DNA from: an uncultured Candidatus Saccharibacteria bacterium | Lineage (GTDB): Bacteria > Patescibacteriota > 4484-211 > JAGQKX01 | Reading direction: 5' to 3' | NCBI GenBank assembly: GCA_964392315.1 | Contig: CAYMOT010000001.1 | Coordinates: forward strand, 202,403-266,402 | Length of the DNA stretch: 64,000 bases | In this document: in pieces, positions 39,647 to 49,327 of the stretch | How positions within the stretch are numbered: the first letter of the stretch is position 1 | Layout: every line of letters begins with the position of its first letter | Position numbers and translations under genes: made by a program | Notes under the pieces: generated by a model | Databases searched by the model: none | Told to the model about the DNA's origin: nothing | What the model saw: only the letters and a program-made list of their open reading frames with translations

Positions 39647-42600
39647 TTATGGTGTTCGGCCTCCGCCGCCGCCAGTCCCACCTCCTCCACCAGAAGGAGC
39701 AGCGGGTGTAGGTGTGGCTGCAAAGTCTCTGTTGTATCGAGCACCTTCTTGGTAGAGTTTTTTGAGGCCTTGAATGTCTCTTCTGTCTCGTTGGCCTGGT
39801 AAAGGAGGAAGTGCACCTTGAACGTCAGCCGGATTTTGCTTAAGTGCCAAGGCCATTGCCTCCATATATATCCCGTGTGCATCACCTGGGGCCTTCTTAA
39901 GTTCGCTTGCAGATTTGACACTTCCTAGGCTTGCGTTACCACTTCTTCTACCCAGTTCTGCTAAATATTGGGCGTGTGTACCTCTAAATTCACTCGTACT
40001 AAGCTTGACAGCACCCGCCTTTGTTCCAGCAGGTGCAATTCCGCTGTCAACTTCTCTTTTGCTCCATCGCGCGAGTTTGCCACCTGAGTATTGTGGAAGT
40101 TTTCCAAAATTGATGATCCGATTAGGATCATTTATTGATAGATCAAGACCAGTGTGTATTGCTTTCTGTTGTTGCGCTCCTAGGCCGGTGCGGCCTACGA
40201 TGTCAACGCTTGGGAGAACCTTTTTACGCAATTGCTGTTCAGCTGCTGCGTACTGTTGCCCTCCGTAGAGTCGTTTCAATAGCGGAGCATCAGTTGTGGG
40301 TAGATTGTAATCGAGGTCAGTGCCCGCTTTTATTCCCGCTGCTTCTGCTTTTTTGAGAGAAGCGTCAAATTTACGTTCACGTTTTTCTTTTGCCTCAGCT
40401 ATTCGGCTACCAGCAAAAGGCAACCGTTCGACCAAGGGTCTGACATATGTTTCGCCCCGTTCTTCAGCCTCTCTTTTGAGTCGTGTCTCTCGGCCTCTTT
40501 GCGTAGCAGAGCGTATGTATCCTTTCTCGCGCCGTTCCTCTACTGCATCTAGGCTTGTGTAGTCAGACACACCGGAGGCCATATTTTGTACCTTTCCTCC
40601 CAATCCTTTCCCGATACCTTGTAGCATTCCTAATGCCTGTCCAGCAAGTCCACCACCACCGAGAAATTGCGCGGCAAGACTAGCGCTCTTTGTACTCATA
40701 AAGAGCGTCCCTCCGCCGATCAAGAATACTCCCGCCTGGACAAACAAACTATCAGCCTCTGCTGTTTTGCTGACTAAAAGAATTCCAATGGCGATAAATA
40801 ATGCGGTGATTGTTTGCATGAATGCCAGAGGTAGCAGCGTCTTAATCCATAGGTTTCTCATACTTCTGAACCAAGGAAGCACGGAAAGCGCAAGAAATAG
40901 GGGAGCTACGATAGTAATTACCCAAATAATAAGGTATCTCCCGAGGAATACTGCCAATAACGATACGACTAATCCTAGAATTGCCAAAGCACCGGCCAAC
41001 ACCGCTCCGATAATTGGAATTATTATTGAACCTCCGGTTCCTACAACCGAAGTAAGAAAAGTTGCAACCCCGGTTGAAATTACTGTGCTTAAGAATGATG
41101 TAATTGCAACAATCCCTCCAGCTGCACCCGCTCCTGCAATTGCGTTGGTAGAAATTCCGGTCGTTTGTAATACATCAAAAATAATTGCAAAAATCCAGGC
41201 TGTTAGAATATTATTTACATCCAAAACTCCCTGTACAATCAACACACTGAGATTTGCAAATATAATACCAATCACCAGCTGTGGAAGCATGACATTAGCG
41301 CCCCAACTTTTTATGTCATACCCCAAGGCATGGTTTATCCCGATTAACAGGAGCAGGAATACAAAGATGATGTTCGCAACTCCCCTGATGATGTTCCAGG
41401 TAACAATAACGCCTGTCGAAACGGTTAATGGTTCGAGAATAAGTATGTTTCGAAGGGTTTGAAGCCCTTTGCCTGCGAGTTCTGTGAAACCGTTTGCAAT
41501 TCTGCATCCGAGTACTGGTATCCGAACTGCTTCAAATCCTTTAAAGACGAAGCCAATTCTAATCCCTACATTGTACATATGTTTCTCTGGTTCAGTCCAA
41601 CCGGCAGGTACCAAATTCCGTTGCAACTCGGCCTGATGTTCTGCTTCAAGTCTTTCCTCGAGAATTTGGCAGGGTGGGCGGAAATCAGCAGTCCATGTAT
41701 TTGGTGTCCCAACAGCGACTCCCTGTTCGACATCTGGTCGTGTCACGAAGGTTTCAGACAACACTTTATCGTCGGCCGTGACACTAATAGTGTACGTGTT
41801 TGAGGCCTCGACATTTCTTCTACAGAGTTCTGGTGAAACAAAACTTCCAGTCGGACAAGCTGTGTCTGGGTCTCTCATCTCAAGAGGAAATATTAAGCTC
41901 CACTCACCAGATTTGTCTCTTAACTGGTCTTCACTGACATTATAGAGGTGTTCACCTAAGCTGTTGTGGACTGTCGCTGTTTGATAAGAAGATGCCCCTT
42001 TAAAACGAACAATAATATCAGCAACGGTCGGAGTAGCGGCATAGGCTCTATCAACTCCAGGCATAATAGTGCGTACAGGTATAAACCCTAGTAACTTATA
42101 TCCTGATGGAACAGGAGGGGTGTATTGAGAGAGAGTAACTGCATTTGCTCCGGTAAATTCGACAAGAGCAGAACCGTTGTAGGGTGTTATTATTTCTTTA
42201 GGATTTAATCCAGTACCGTCAATCATAATACGTAATGAAAGCGGGGGATCAATCAACCCACCGGTAATACCTTCAATAGGTACCAATTTGTCATGCGGGA
42301 TATGTATGAAGCACTTGCTATCAGCAGAGAACTTCTCTATATTGTCTGCGTCGATATTTCGAATCTCATTTGGGTCTGCGAGTGAAACGGTCGCATTATA
42401 AGAACGACAATTTCGTTGGGCGTTCAGGCCTGCCGGGACACTTGTATTTTTAATAACTTCAATTAGTATACCTTTTACCGTGGGATCACTTTTAGGTGCG
42501 GTTGCCGTAATGTCGACTTGAAGTGGTCCGTTTGTGCTAATAACTTCTTTGGTTTTTATCGGAGTTTTGTCCCATAGTGGTTCGTTAAGAAACGGGTCGA

Positions 42601-44047
42601 ATGTAGCTCCTCGAGGATTTGTGGAATAACCAACCGTGTCGTCATAAAAAATGTAGGTAGAGAAACTGTTTTGTGTGTAATCTTGTGGGTTAGTACCCGA
42701 CGTTGTGACTATGTCAGTTGCACAATTACCCAAAACAGTTAGAGACACGCGAGGGTACGTGAACGGTTGTCTATTGTCACATTGTGTACCGAGTCGTCCC
42801 CCATCGACCATTCCATATGACTGTGTATTGACCATGCTCACATTTCCTAGATTCGGCCCTGCAAATGCCCTCCCTGATTGTTGGATTACTCGTCCCCAAA
42901 GAATAAGTTTGTTCTGCAGTAATGCAATGTCATTCCTAATAGCTGTTGGTTCAACCAACTTGTACCAATCGTTCCCTAAATCAACTGTTCCATTTATATC
43001 TGTATCACGTGAAACTCGCACGACACCAAAGCCTATTTGTGTTGACTTGATTTTAGTATTGTTGTCCATAAGATCAGATTGATATGTCGTGCCCCCTTCT
43101 CTTCGCCAAATTGTTACGGCGTATACTCCGGGAGGTGCGAAAGCCATAAATATCCGATCGTTTCGCGTATGGTCAGCTGTGTTAGTAATTGCCTCAAGAG
43201 GGTGTGTGGTGCGTCCAGCAACGATAAGGTTGTCACCAGGATACAAGTCTCTACTTCCAGCGTTAATATAATCAAACCACACCCTGCGAGCCACTAGTTC
43301 ATAGGCACTATCATCAGAAAAATTAACACCTCCATACATTTGTACATGTTTAGACGTAATCTTCAGTGTAGTTGTCGGTATGAGCGGGAAGGTATTAATA
43401 TTATTTGCTATATCAACCCTTGTTTCTTGTGTTAAAAAGGATAATCCTAAACGCACTTCTTCCTGTAGCTGGGTGTAGATAGCGGTTAAATTGGAAGCAT
43501 CACCAATGTTGTATGAAAAAACAGAACCAATGCGGTCGGGATCAGGGTTGGTAGTCGAAGGTAGTTGTGGCATTCGAAAAGGCACATCAAGGCCTTGGAT
43601 TGCTGTCGCATCGCAAGGTGCTACTACAAAACTGACACAGTCAGTACGTAGAACCCTGCCCGATCCGACATCGTAGCGGAATGGGAAATAGACGCCGAAT
43701 TTTTGTCCATTAGGAAGACCCTGCGCTTGAAACGATCCATCCGCTCTAACTTGTGTGCGAACCGCAAGGTTGTTGATGATAAATGAAGAGCCTCCCCAAC
43801 TGTCATATGCATACACGTATACAGGAAGACCAGCCATTCGTTGATAGGCAGCGCTGGGGTCATACGCACTTCCTACAAAGGCAGGTATGAATTGTCCAGA
43901 AAACACCGCCGTATTGTTTGCCGACTGCGACGATTGTGCAGAAACTGACGGCGGTGTTAAAACCTGGACAATGGCGATGGTCAAGAGAAGTACGCTTACT
44001 AATCTCACGCATCTTTCCACTAATAAAAGATATCGACTTGGCAGCAT
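39647..44047 (-). CDS. Giant VirB6/TrbL-like polytopic channel protein: signal peptide, a ~840 aa extracellular N-terminal domain, a multi-transmembrane core, and a cytoplasmic C-terminal region ending in a Gly-rich tail.
   Basis: 1466 aa. Signal or anchor (LVSVLLLTIAIVQVLTPPSVSAQS). Residues ~850-1120 contain six to eight hydrophobic helices (IIFVFLLLLIGINHALGYD..., GGIVAITSFLSTVISTGVATFL..., AVLAGALAILGLVVSLLAVFLG...), typical of VirB6/ConG. C-terminus ...PAAPSGGGGGTGGGGGRTP. Confidence 0.6.
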   Translation of the reverse strand: MLPSRYLLLVERCVRLVSVLLLTIAIVQVLTPPSVSAQSSQSANNTAVFSGQFIPAFVGSAYDPSAAYQRMAGLPVYVYAYDSWGGSSFIINNLAVRTQVRADGSFQAQGLPNGQKFGVYFPFRYDVGSGRVLRTDCVSFVVAPCDATAIQGLDVPFRMPQLPSTTNPDPDRIGSVFSYNIGDASNLTAIYTQLQEEVRLGLSFLTQETRVDIANNINTFPLIPTTTLKITSKHVQMYGGVNFSDDSAYELVARRVWFDYINAGSRDLYPGDNLIVAGRTTHPLEAITNTADHTRNDRIFMAFAPPGVYAVTIWRREGGTTYQSDLMDNNTKIKSTQIGFGVVRVSRDTDINGTVDLGNDWYKLVEPTAIRNDIALLQNKLILWGRVIQQSGRAFAGPNLGNVSMVNTQSYGMVDGGRLGTQCDNRQPFTYPRVSLTVLGNCATDIVTTSGTNPQDYTQNSFSTYIFYDDTVGYSTNPRGATFDPFLNEPLWDKTPIKTKEVISTNGPLQVDITATAPKSDPTVKGILIEVIKNTSVPAGLNAQRNCRSYNATVSLADPNEIRNIDADNIEKFSADSKCFIHIPHDKLVPIEGITGGLIDPPLSLRIMIDGTGLNPKEIITPYNGSALVEFTGANAVTLSQYTPPVPSGYKLLGFIPVRTIMPGVDRAYAATPTVADIIVRFKGASSYQTATVHNSLGEHLYNVSEDQLRDKSGEWSLIFPLEMRDPDTACPTGSFVSPELCRRNVEASNTYTISVTADDKVLSETFVTRPDVEQGVAVGTPNTWTADFRPPCQILEERLEAEHQAELQRNLVPAGWTEPEKHMYNVGIRIGFVFKGFEAVRIPVLGCRIANGFTELAGKGLQTLRNILILEPLTVSTGVIVTWNIIRGVANIIFVFLLLLIGINHALGYDIKSWGANVMLPQLVIGIIFANLSVLIVQGVLDVNNILTAWIFAIIFDVLQTTGISTNAIAGAGAAGGIVAITSFLSTVISTGVATFLTSVVGTGGSIIIPIIGAVLAGALAILGLVVSLLAVFLGRYLIIWVITIVAPLFLALSVLPWFRSMRNLWIKTLLPLAFMQTITALFIAIGILLVSKTAEADSLFVQAGVFLIGGGTLFMSTKSASLAAQFLGGGGLAGQALGMLQGIGKGLGGKVQNMASGVSDYTSLDAVEERREKGYIRSATQRGRETRLKREAEERGETYVRPLVERLPFAGSRIAEAKEKRERKFDASLKKAEAAGIKAGTDLDYNLPTTDAPLLKRLYGGQQYAAAEQQLRKKVLPSVDIVGRTGLGAQQQKAIHTGLDLSINDPNRIINFGKLPQYSGGKLARWSKREVDSGIAPAGTKAGAVKLSTSEFRGTHAQYLAELGRRSGNASLGSVKSASELKKAPGDAHGIYMEAMALALKQNPADVQGALPPLPGQRDRRDIQGLKKLYQEGARYNRDFAATPTPAAPSGGGGGTGGGGGRTP

Positions 44048-44080
44048 AGTCTTAATAACTAATGTCCTGGATTAGCTCAT

Positions 44081-44455
44081 TTAAGCTACCCCAACCAGCG
44101 ATTGAAGCCCAGGGATAAGCCCAATAATAAACCTCCAGAGGGCATAAGCTGCTGCTACAATGATAAGTCCGATTACTGCGTTTGTAATACGCTTTCGTGC
44201 TGCTCCTACGTTATCTTCATTGTCACCTGCGGTTAGATAGGTGAATGCACCCCAGAATAAGTAAAGCAATACTGCGACAGCGGCAACAACGAAAACAAGG
44301 TCAATGCCACGTCTGATTAAATCTCCAAAATCAGTAAATCCGGTACTTGGTCGAGAAATACCTGTGAGTAGCTGTGCGTGAACGGGAGCGGCTGTTGCTA
44401 ATGTTGCAATGCCTGTAGAAGCTGTAATCAATGCACTTTTTATTTTATCTGTCAT
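44081..44455 (-). CDS. VirB2/TrbC-like pilin paralog 1 (signal peptide plus two hydrophobic segments).
   Basis: Signal (ALITASTGIATLATAAPVHAQ). Hydrophobic segment 1 (LVFVVAAVAVLLYLFWGAFTYL). Conserved LTAGD motif. Hydrophobic segment 2 (AVIGLIIVAAAYALWRFIIGLIPG). Confidence 0.5.
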   Translation of the reverse strand: MTDKIKSALITASTGIATLATAAPVHAQLLTGISRPSTGFTDFGDLIRRGIDLVFVVAAVAVLLYLFWGAFTYLTAGDNEDNVGAARKRITNAVIGLIIVAAAYALWRFIIGLIPGLQSLVGVA

Positions 44456-44522
44456 GCGGTTCCACCTCCTTTGATACTTAACTCAGAATAGCATACGCTA
44501 TACGGCGTCGCAATAGCTGTGA

Positions 44523-44930
44523 TTAGGTAATGAAATTTTTTAATCCAGGGATCAAATCTAGAATGAGCTTGAAGATAATAAATACGCTGCCTACACCCAC
44601 AAGCCCAACAATAGACCATGTAATGTTACTACGTGCTTTTTCCAGTTTCTCAGTACTATCCCCAGCGGTTAGATAATCAAACGCTGCCTTAAAGAAGTTA
44701 AAGAGCAATATTATGGCCCCAAACCCAAGGGCGCCCGTTACCATAGTGGTAATGAGTTGACCTAAGACTAACAATGTGCAATGAGGCCACGACAGGATTT
44801 CGCCATCAGGTAAGCCGTCACAGCTAGGAAGAGTCCCTCCGCCTTGAGCATACGCGTTATGAGAGTGAACCGTAAACGTAAGAAACAAGACAAATACTAT
44901 TGGTAAGAATAGAAGCAGGTTTTTCTTCAT
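44523..44930 (-). CDS. VirB2/TrbC-like pilin paralog 2.
   Basis: Signal (LLLFLPIVFVLFLTFTVHSHNAYAQ). Same architecture with YLTAGDSTEKLEKARSNITWSIVGLVGVGSVFIIFKLILDLIPG. Confidence 0.5.
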   Translation of the reverse strand: MKKNLLLFLPIVFVLFLTFTVHSHNAYAQGGGTLPSCDGLPDGEILSWPHCTLLVLGQLITTMVTGALGFGAIILLFNFFKAAFDYLTAGDSTEKLEKARSNITWSIVGLVGVGSVFIIFKLILDLIPGLKNFIT

Positions 44931-44934
44931 TGTA

Positions 44935-45330
44935 TTAAGATCCTGTAATTACAATCTTCCATGAGTCAGGAAGGATGGACTCAAATGCCCTAATAAAAAC
45001 ATATCCACCAACTACTATAACAAGCCCCACCATAGACTGGGTGAGTGCCTCGCGGCCGTTTTGCAATCTTTGCGGGTCTCCTTGAGCAGTAATAAACATA
45101 AAAAATCCGGCGGTAGCTCTATATATAGAGACTAAAACGCCAATTAAGATCATTAAGTCAAGCATAAAATTTGCAAAATCTTCGACATTGACACAACTAT
45201 CGGTGATCGCGACGTAGGTGGCATCGTTAGGACAATTAACGTTTGGCGTGGGGCGCTGGGCGTATACGGTATTCAGGGAAGCTAGAATGAGGAAAAGAGC
45301 GACACATCCTGGAATTAATATTCTCTTCAT
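44935..45330 (-). CDS. VirB2/TrbC-like pilin paralog 3. ATG at 45330 gives a canonical signal peptide; the track start at 45399 is over-extended.
   Basis: MKRILIPGCVALFLILASLNTVYAQ signal. FITAQGDPQRLQNGREALTQSMVGLVIVVGGYVFIRAFESILPD matches the other two paralogs. Confidence 0.5.
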   Translation of the reverse strand: MKRILIPGCVALFLILASLNTVYAQRPTPNVNCPNDATYVAITDSCVNVEDFANFMLDLMILIGVLVSIYRATAGFFMFITAQGDPQRLQNGREALTQSMVGLVIVVGGYVFIRAFESILPDSWKIVITGS

Positions 45331-45395
45331 ATAGGTATCATACCAACACAAACATAAATGTGAAATGTACACATTTGTGTAAATGTACCGAAGTG

Positions 45396-47624
45396 TCACT
45401 GTACTTTAACTAAAATACTTTCTCCTTGCTCAAATACATGAGTCCCTTGGGAGAGGAGAAGGTCGGTCTGAATATCTGGATATTTGTCTCTTTCAAGTTT
45501 TGAGATGTAGATGTATGAAACATTATACTTCCTTAATAACTCTGCTCTTTTTGTCTGGTCCGTCGTTGTATAGATCACACGTACATCTTCAACCCGTTGA
45601 GCGACCGTATCTGAGCCGAATGTCTCTAACACACGTGATGGAGGTTCCACTGGTTCTGCATACGAGCCTCTCCATAACCATTCGTGTACTGGCCACCCCA
45701 TAACCGTGGGGAGTCCAGTATTTGATGCGATTCGGGCATAGTCTGTATAGCTGTCTCCGACTGCTTCAACAATAACTGGCTGTCCTGTAATATTTTTGTT
45801 TATCCAATCAATCGCCGCGGCATCATGTTTAAGTGTTTTCGTTACGTATGCAGTGCCATTGAGGCCTTTATATTCGCTGAATGCGTCGGTTACGGTTTTT
45901 ATTGCCATGTAAGGATACAGTAACGTAGAACCGATGAGCAGATAAGACAGCAACACATCGAGTCGCCAGAGAACTTGGAGTGATTCTTTTTTTATGGTGT
46001 AGAGCATCCGAATAAATGCGTATGCGCTTGCAATAGATAACAAAATCCACGCTGCATAATAGAGTTTGAACATCGTATTGGCACGATAGTAATCAGGTAC
46101 GTAAATATCTTTGACGTATATGATTTCTGGTGCTATTAAGAGTGCAATTCCTAATCCGATTAGTAAAAGAGCGAATGTATCGCTCGAATTCCTCGTTGCT
46201 TGTTCTGGCGTGTTGCCGTCAGAAGGTTCGTTCTTAACGGAGATTGATACTTTGAGCGCCCCTGCAATTTTTTGTACGATTCGTTCTTTCATGTTTCTTA
46301 TGTGCAGAAAGCGTGCCAGTGTTTGACGCAACGCAAAAATAACGAAACTGACCGCGATAAACAGATACATTCCCCAAAGTATGAGGAATTCTTTGAGCGG
46401 AGAGAGGGTCGTTACTTTTCCGATGCCATCAGAAATTGGCTTTACGGTGAGCCAAAATGGCGCAAACAGTCCAACACTTCCTATGAGCAAAGGTATCGCA
46501 AACAGGGCGGCAGTCTCTAACGCTTCCCACCAGGCCAAAAGCCTGCTACGTGTAGAGTGTGCAATAGTGTGATACGCAAGGTACACAAACACACAGCCAC
46601 TGAGTACAAGGTATATAGGAAAATCCCAAGAGTTAGTGGCATAGCTTGTTCCTACCATAAGCGCGAGGATAGCAAGAGACAAAAGTAGGCGTTTGTTCTT
46701 GAGGCTGTGTGCACTAATGCTCAGGTTGTCCCGTGAAATAAAGAGATTACACAATATTCCAAGAGCTACGAGAACAAATGGAATATTGCTCACGTGTGCA
46801 TGCAAATCCGCCACGATAAAACTGTATACCGGGAATTCGTTGATAGTGAAAGGAATCAACCTGCTCGCTGTAGCGTACCAGTAGGTGTCTAAGGAGGAGA
46901 TATGAAGTACTGTATGAAGATTTCCGGTCAGTGCCGTAAGGATACCTCCCAGAATACCCCCAATAAATATAATAATTTTGTGAATATGCGGGAATACATT
47001 TCTGAGTAGTGTCGCGGTGATGCTGAAACTTCCCATGAATGATATTGCAAACAGGTACGCAATCTGTAGGTTATAAGTAAAATTAGGAGGTAGGTGTGAA
47101 ATCTGCGTAATTACCGCTGCGACGTAGTGTCCAAAGTAGTAATAATTAATTGGTTCGCTTGCAAAAAAATGGTCTACTGGTGGGAAATACTCAGCACGCA
47201 AGATTGAGAGCATAAACCCGTAGTCCATAAATTTTTCCAAACCATGAATGTCTGGGTTGTATGCACGGACTATGCTCCAAAAAACAAGAAGGCACAAGAA
47301 TAATACCTCACTAATGATGACTACCTTCCATGGTATTGCAGAAATAGTTGATTTTATAGATCTGGAGTGAAAAATCTGTACGCTCCAAATGAGTACCGAA
47401 ATAAGAACGGCAATAAGGATGGTGTGTAGTGGAGAGAAGCGTAGTACTCTTGTAATAGCGAGGAGCCATACAATATATGAGACTATCCCAATGCCTACCA
47501 CTTTGCTGAGGATCCATCCCTTATCAACAAATCGAGGGAGTATCGTCTTGCTCAACGGCCAGAAGCCAACTCCGAGCGCAAAGATTGCGGTATAAAATTG
47601 TAGAAATGCATAAGGATCAGACAT
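45396..47624 (-). CDS. Large polytopic membrane protein (742 aa) with a soluble C-terminal domain; GT-C-type glycosyltransferase-like (family unassigned).
   Basis: About fourteen to sixteen transmembrane helices through residue ~560, then a ~180 aa extracytoplasmic C-terminal domain. It overlaps the pilin gene by 4 nt and is the first gene of the block upstream of the type IV secretion-like genes. Confidence 0.5.
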   Translation of the reverse strand: MSDPYAFLQFYTAIFALGVGFWPLSKTILPRFVDKGWILSKVVGIGIVSYIVWLLAITRVLRFSPLHTILIAVLISVLIWSVQIFHSRSIKSTISAIPWKVVIISEVLFLCLLVFWSIVRAYNPDIHGLEKFMDYGFMLSILRAEYFPPVDHFFASEPINYYYFGHYVAAVITQISHLPPNFTYNLQIAYLFAISFMGSFSITATLLRNVFPHIHKIIIFIGGILGGILTALTGNLHTVLHISSLDTYWYATASRLIPFTINEFPVYSFIVADLHAHVSNIPFVLVALGILCNLFISRDNLSISAHSLKNKRLLLSLAILALMVGTSYATNSWDFPIYLVLSGCVFVYLAYHTIAHSTRSRLLAWWEALETAALFAIPLLIGSVGLFAPFWLTVKPISDGIGKVTTLSPLKEFLILWGMYLFIAVSFVIFALRQTLARFLHIRNMKERIVQKIAGALKVSISVKNEPSDGNTPEQATRNSSDTFALLLIGLGIALLIAPEIIYVKDIYVPDYYRANTMFKLYYAAWILLSIASAYAFIRMLYTIKKESLQVLWRLDVLLSYLLIGSTLLYPYMAIKTVTDAFSEYKGLNGTAYVTKTLKHDAAAIDWINKNITGQPVIVEAVGDSYTDYARIASNTGLPTVMGWPVHEWLWRGSYAEPVEPPSRVLETFGSDTVAQRVEDVRVIYTTTDQTKRAELLRKYNVSYIYISKLERDKYPDIQTDLLLSQGTHVFEQGESILVKVQ

Positions 47625-47632
47625 CGTTTTGG

Positions 47633-49327
47633 TTATCGAAGCTTATTATAGAGTAATGGTTGTATATTTGTAGCGTCAAATGCTGTTTTTTTAAATATCT
47701 GTACTCGTGGATGGTCATATACAGTAAAACTTTCATCGGCTTGTTGGTCGTTTCTGGAGAAACCGAAAAGATTGGGATAGGAAGTAATTTCTTTGACTTT
47801 TGAGAATCCTAACGTGCCGTCAAAAAGCAACTTGTAGTATTCAATTGTCGCGGGGTATTGGTCGGGTAGATTGGGGATAGAGTCATATAGTCGGTTGCTT
47901 GCGATAATAATATATTCAACGTGATCGAGTGTCTGAACCAACTGGGTTATCTTTGCTGGTGAATCGGGGATATATAACTCTAACGATTTGTGCTGATAGT
48001 ATTCGGAATCATAAAGTGGCAAGCTTCGATCCCAGTGCTCTACACCGAGTGTAGCGTTTCCCGGAATGTTAGAGTGAATCCACTCGCTTGCTTGAATCCA
48101 GGTGTGTGGTTTTGTGTAAATGGATATGAATGCGATTGTCCACCACATACTCGGAATGACTATTAGTAGTGTAAGAGCTGTTTGTAGCATCAGAGAACGT
48201 ATGTGGAGTATATGTACCCCGACATACGCAGCACTCATGGCAAGAAGTGGATAGAGCGGTAAGTAATATCGCATGAACTTCACCGCAGAACTGCCGAGCG
48301 ATAAAAAAAGGACACTAAAAAACAGCACGAACCACACAGAAGCCTCGAAGCGCTTGGTTTTAGAAGTCTTGATTATAGATGAATACGTAAGCGCAATCAT
48401 TCCAGTGATACCAAGAAATGTAAATGAAGGACCAAGCCCCCATCTGAATATCTGTACGACAGGATACAAGAAGGGTACTGTGTCGATATATTGAATAGTG
48501 TAGGGGAAAACAGTAGCATCCGAACGCATATCCAGTTGTGAGCCAATCTGATTGGAAAAGGTGTCAAAATCTATATACGCATAGGGTTGTAAGACAAAAT
48601 TTGTGATTAGGAATAGAGCTGCTGCCGTTATAAATAGTTCCTTAGCCTGTAGAGCAGTAAACGTATTTTCTTTCATATTACGCGAAATAAGGTAGCGGTA
48701 TACGATACTCGAAACTAAGAACGGGATGAGGATAACAGCTGTAAATTTTGTAGCAACTGCCATGCTCGTTGTGACACTAGCCCAGAGTAGATATTTTTTC
48801 TTTCCGTCCTCAGTATAGTGCAATATAAGAAGCAGCGTACCCATCATCCAAAACACCATTTGTCCATCGACGGTATAAAAGTGGGCATTTTGTATGGGGA
48901 ATACTGATAGTGCATAGACTGCCATAGCAAGTACACCTAGCAAGGTGGAACGAAAAATTTTTCGTGACAAAAATAAAAGCAGTATCAACGTGCCAATATC
49001 AAATAAGGCTGAAAGCGGGCGGCCAACCTTATAGAGGTTTCCATATTCAACAATATTTGGATCAATAACCCCCATAAGGTACGCAAGACCTTTTAGGAGA
49101 TACAACGGAAAGGAGCCATAGGCGAAAAACTTGGGATTAAGTGGACTCTCGGCGGTAAAGAAAGTCGAAAAATTTAGAGGCAACTCGAGTTGAAAAACCA
49201 TATTATAAATATGTGCTTCATCCGGATGGGGGTAGTAGCCACCATCCCAATTCAGGGGGAATGCGCGAAGCAGAAATGCCCCAAAAATAATGAAAGCCAA
49301 TATAACGGAGCGGTAGTTGTCTTTCAT
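47633..49327 (-). CDS. PMT/ArnT-family (GT39/GT83-like) membrane glycosyltransferase, paralog A.
   Basis: DE motif in the first extracytoplasmic loop (GGYYPHPDEAHIYN) as in protein O-mannosyltransferases/ArnT. About twelve transmembrane helices. C-terminal extracytoplasmic domain. Confidence 0.65.
   Translation of the reverse strand: MKDNYRSVILAFIIFGAFLLRAFPLNWDGGYYPHPDEAHIYNMVFQLELPLNFSTFFTAESPLNPKFFAYGSFPLYLLKGLAYLMGVIDPNIVEYGNLYKVGRPLSALFDIGTLILLLFLSRKIFRSTLLGVLAMAVYALSVFPIQNAHFYTVDGQMVFWMMGTLLLILHYTEDGKKKYLLWASVTTSMAVATKFTAVILIPFLVSSIVYRYLISRNMKENTFTALQAKELFITAAALFLITNFVLQPYAYIDFDTFSNQIGSQLDMRSDATVFPYTIQYIDTVPFLYPVVQIFRWGLGPSFTFLGITGMIALTYSSIIKTSKTKRFEASVWFVLFFSVLFLSLGSSAVKFMRYYLPLYPLLAMSAAYVGVHILHIRSLMLQTALTLLIVIPSMWWTIAFISIYTKPHTWIQASEWIHSNIPGNATLGVEHWDRSLPLYDSEYYQHKSLELYIPDSPAKITQLVQTLDHVEYIIIASNRLYDSIPNLPDQYPATIEYYKLLFDGTLGFSKVKEITSYPNLFGFSRNDQQADESFTVYDHPRVQIFKKTAFDATNIQPLLYNKLR

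Noticed and set aside
40767-41803. Plus-strand ORFs of 231 and 114 aa inside the VirB6-like gene.
   Set aside because: They are antisense to the hydrophobic transmembrane core of the 1466-aa protein. The amino-acid composition (I/T/A/N-rich) is a typical mirror image of a transmembrane-rich coding strand.
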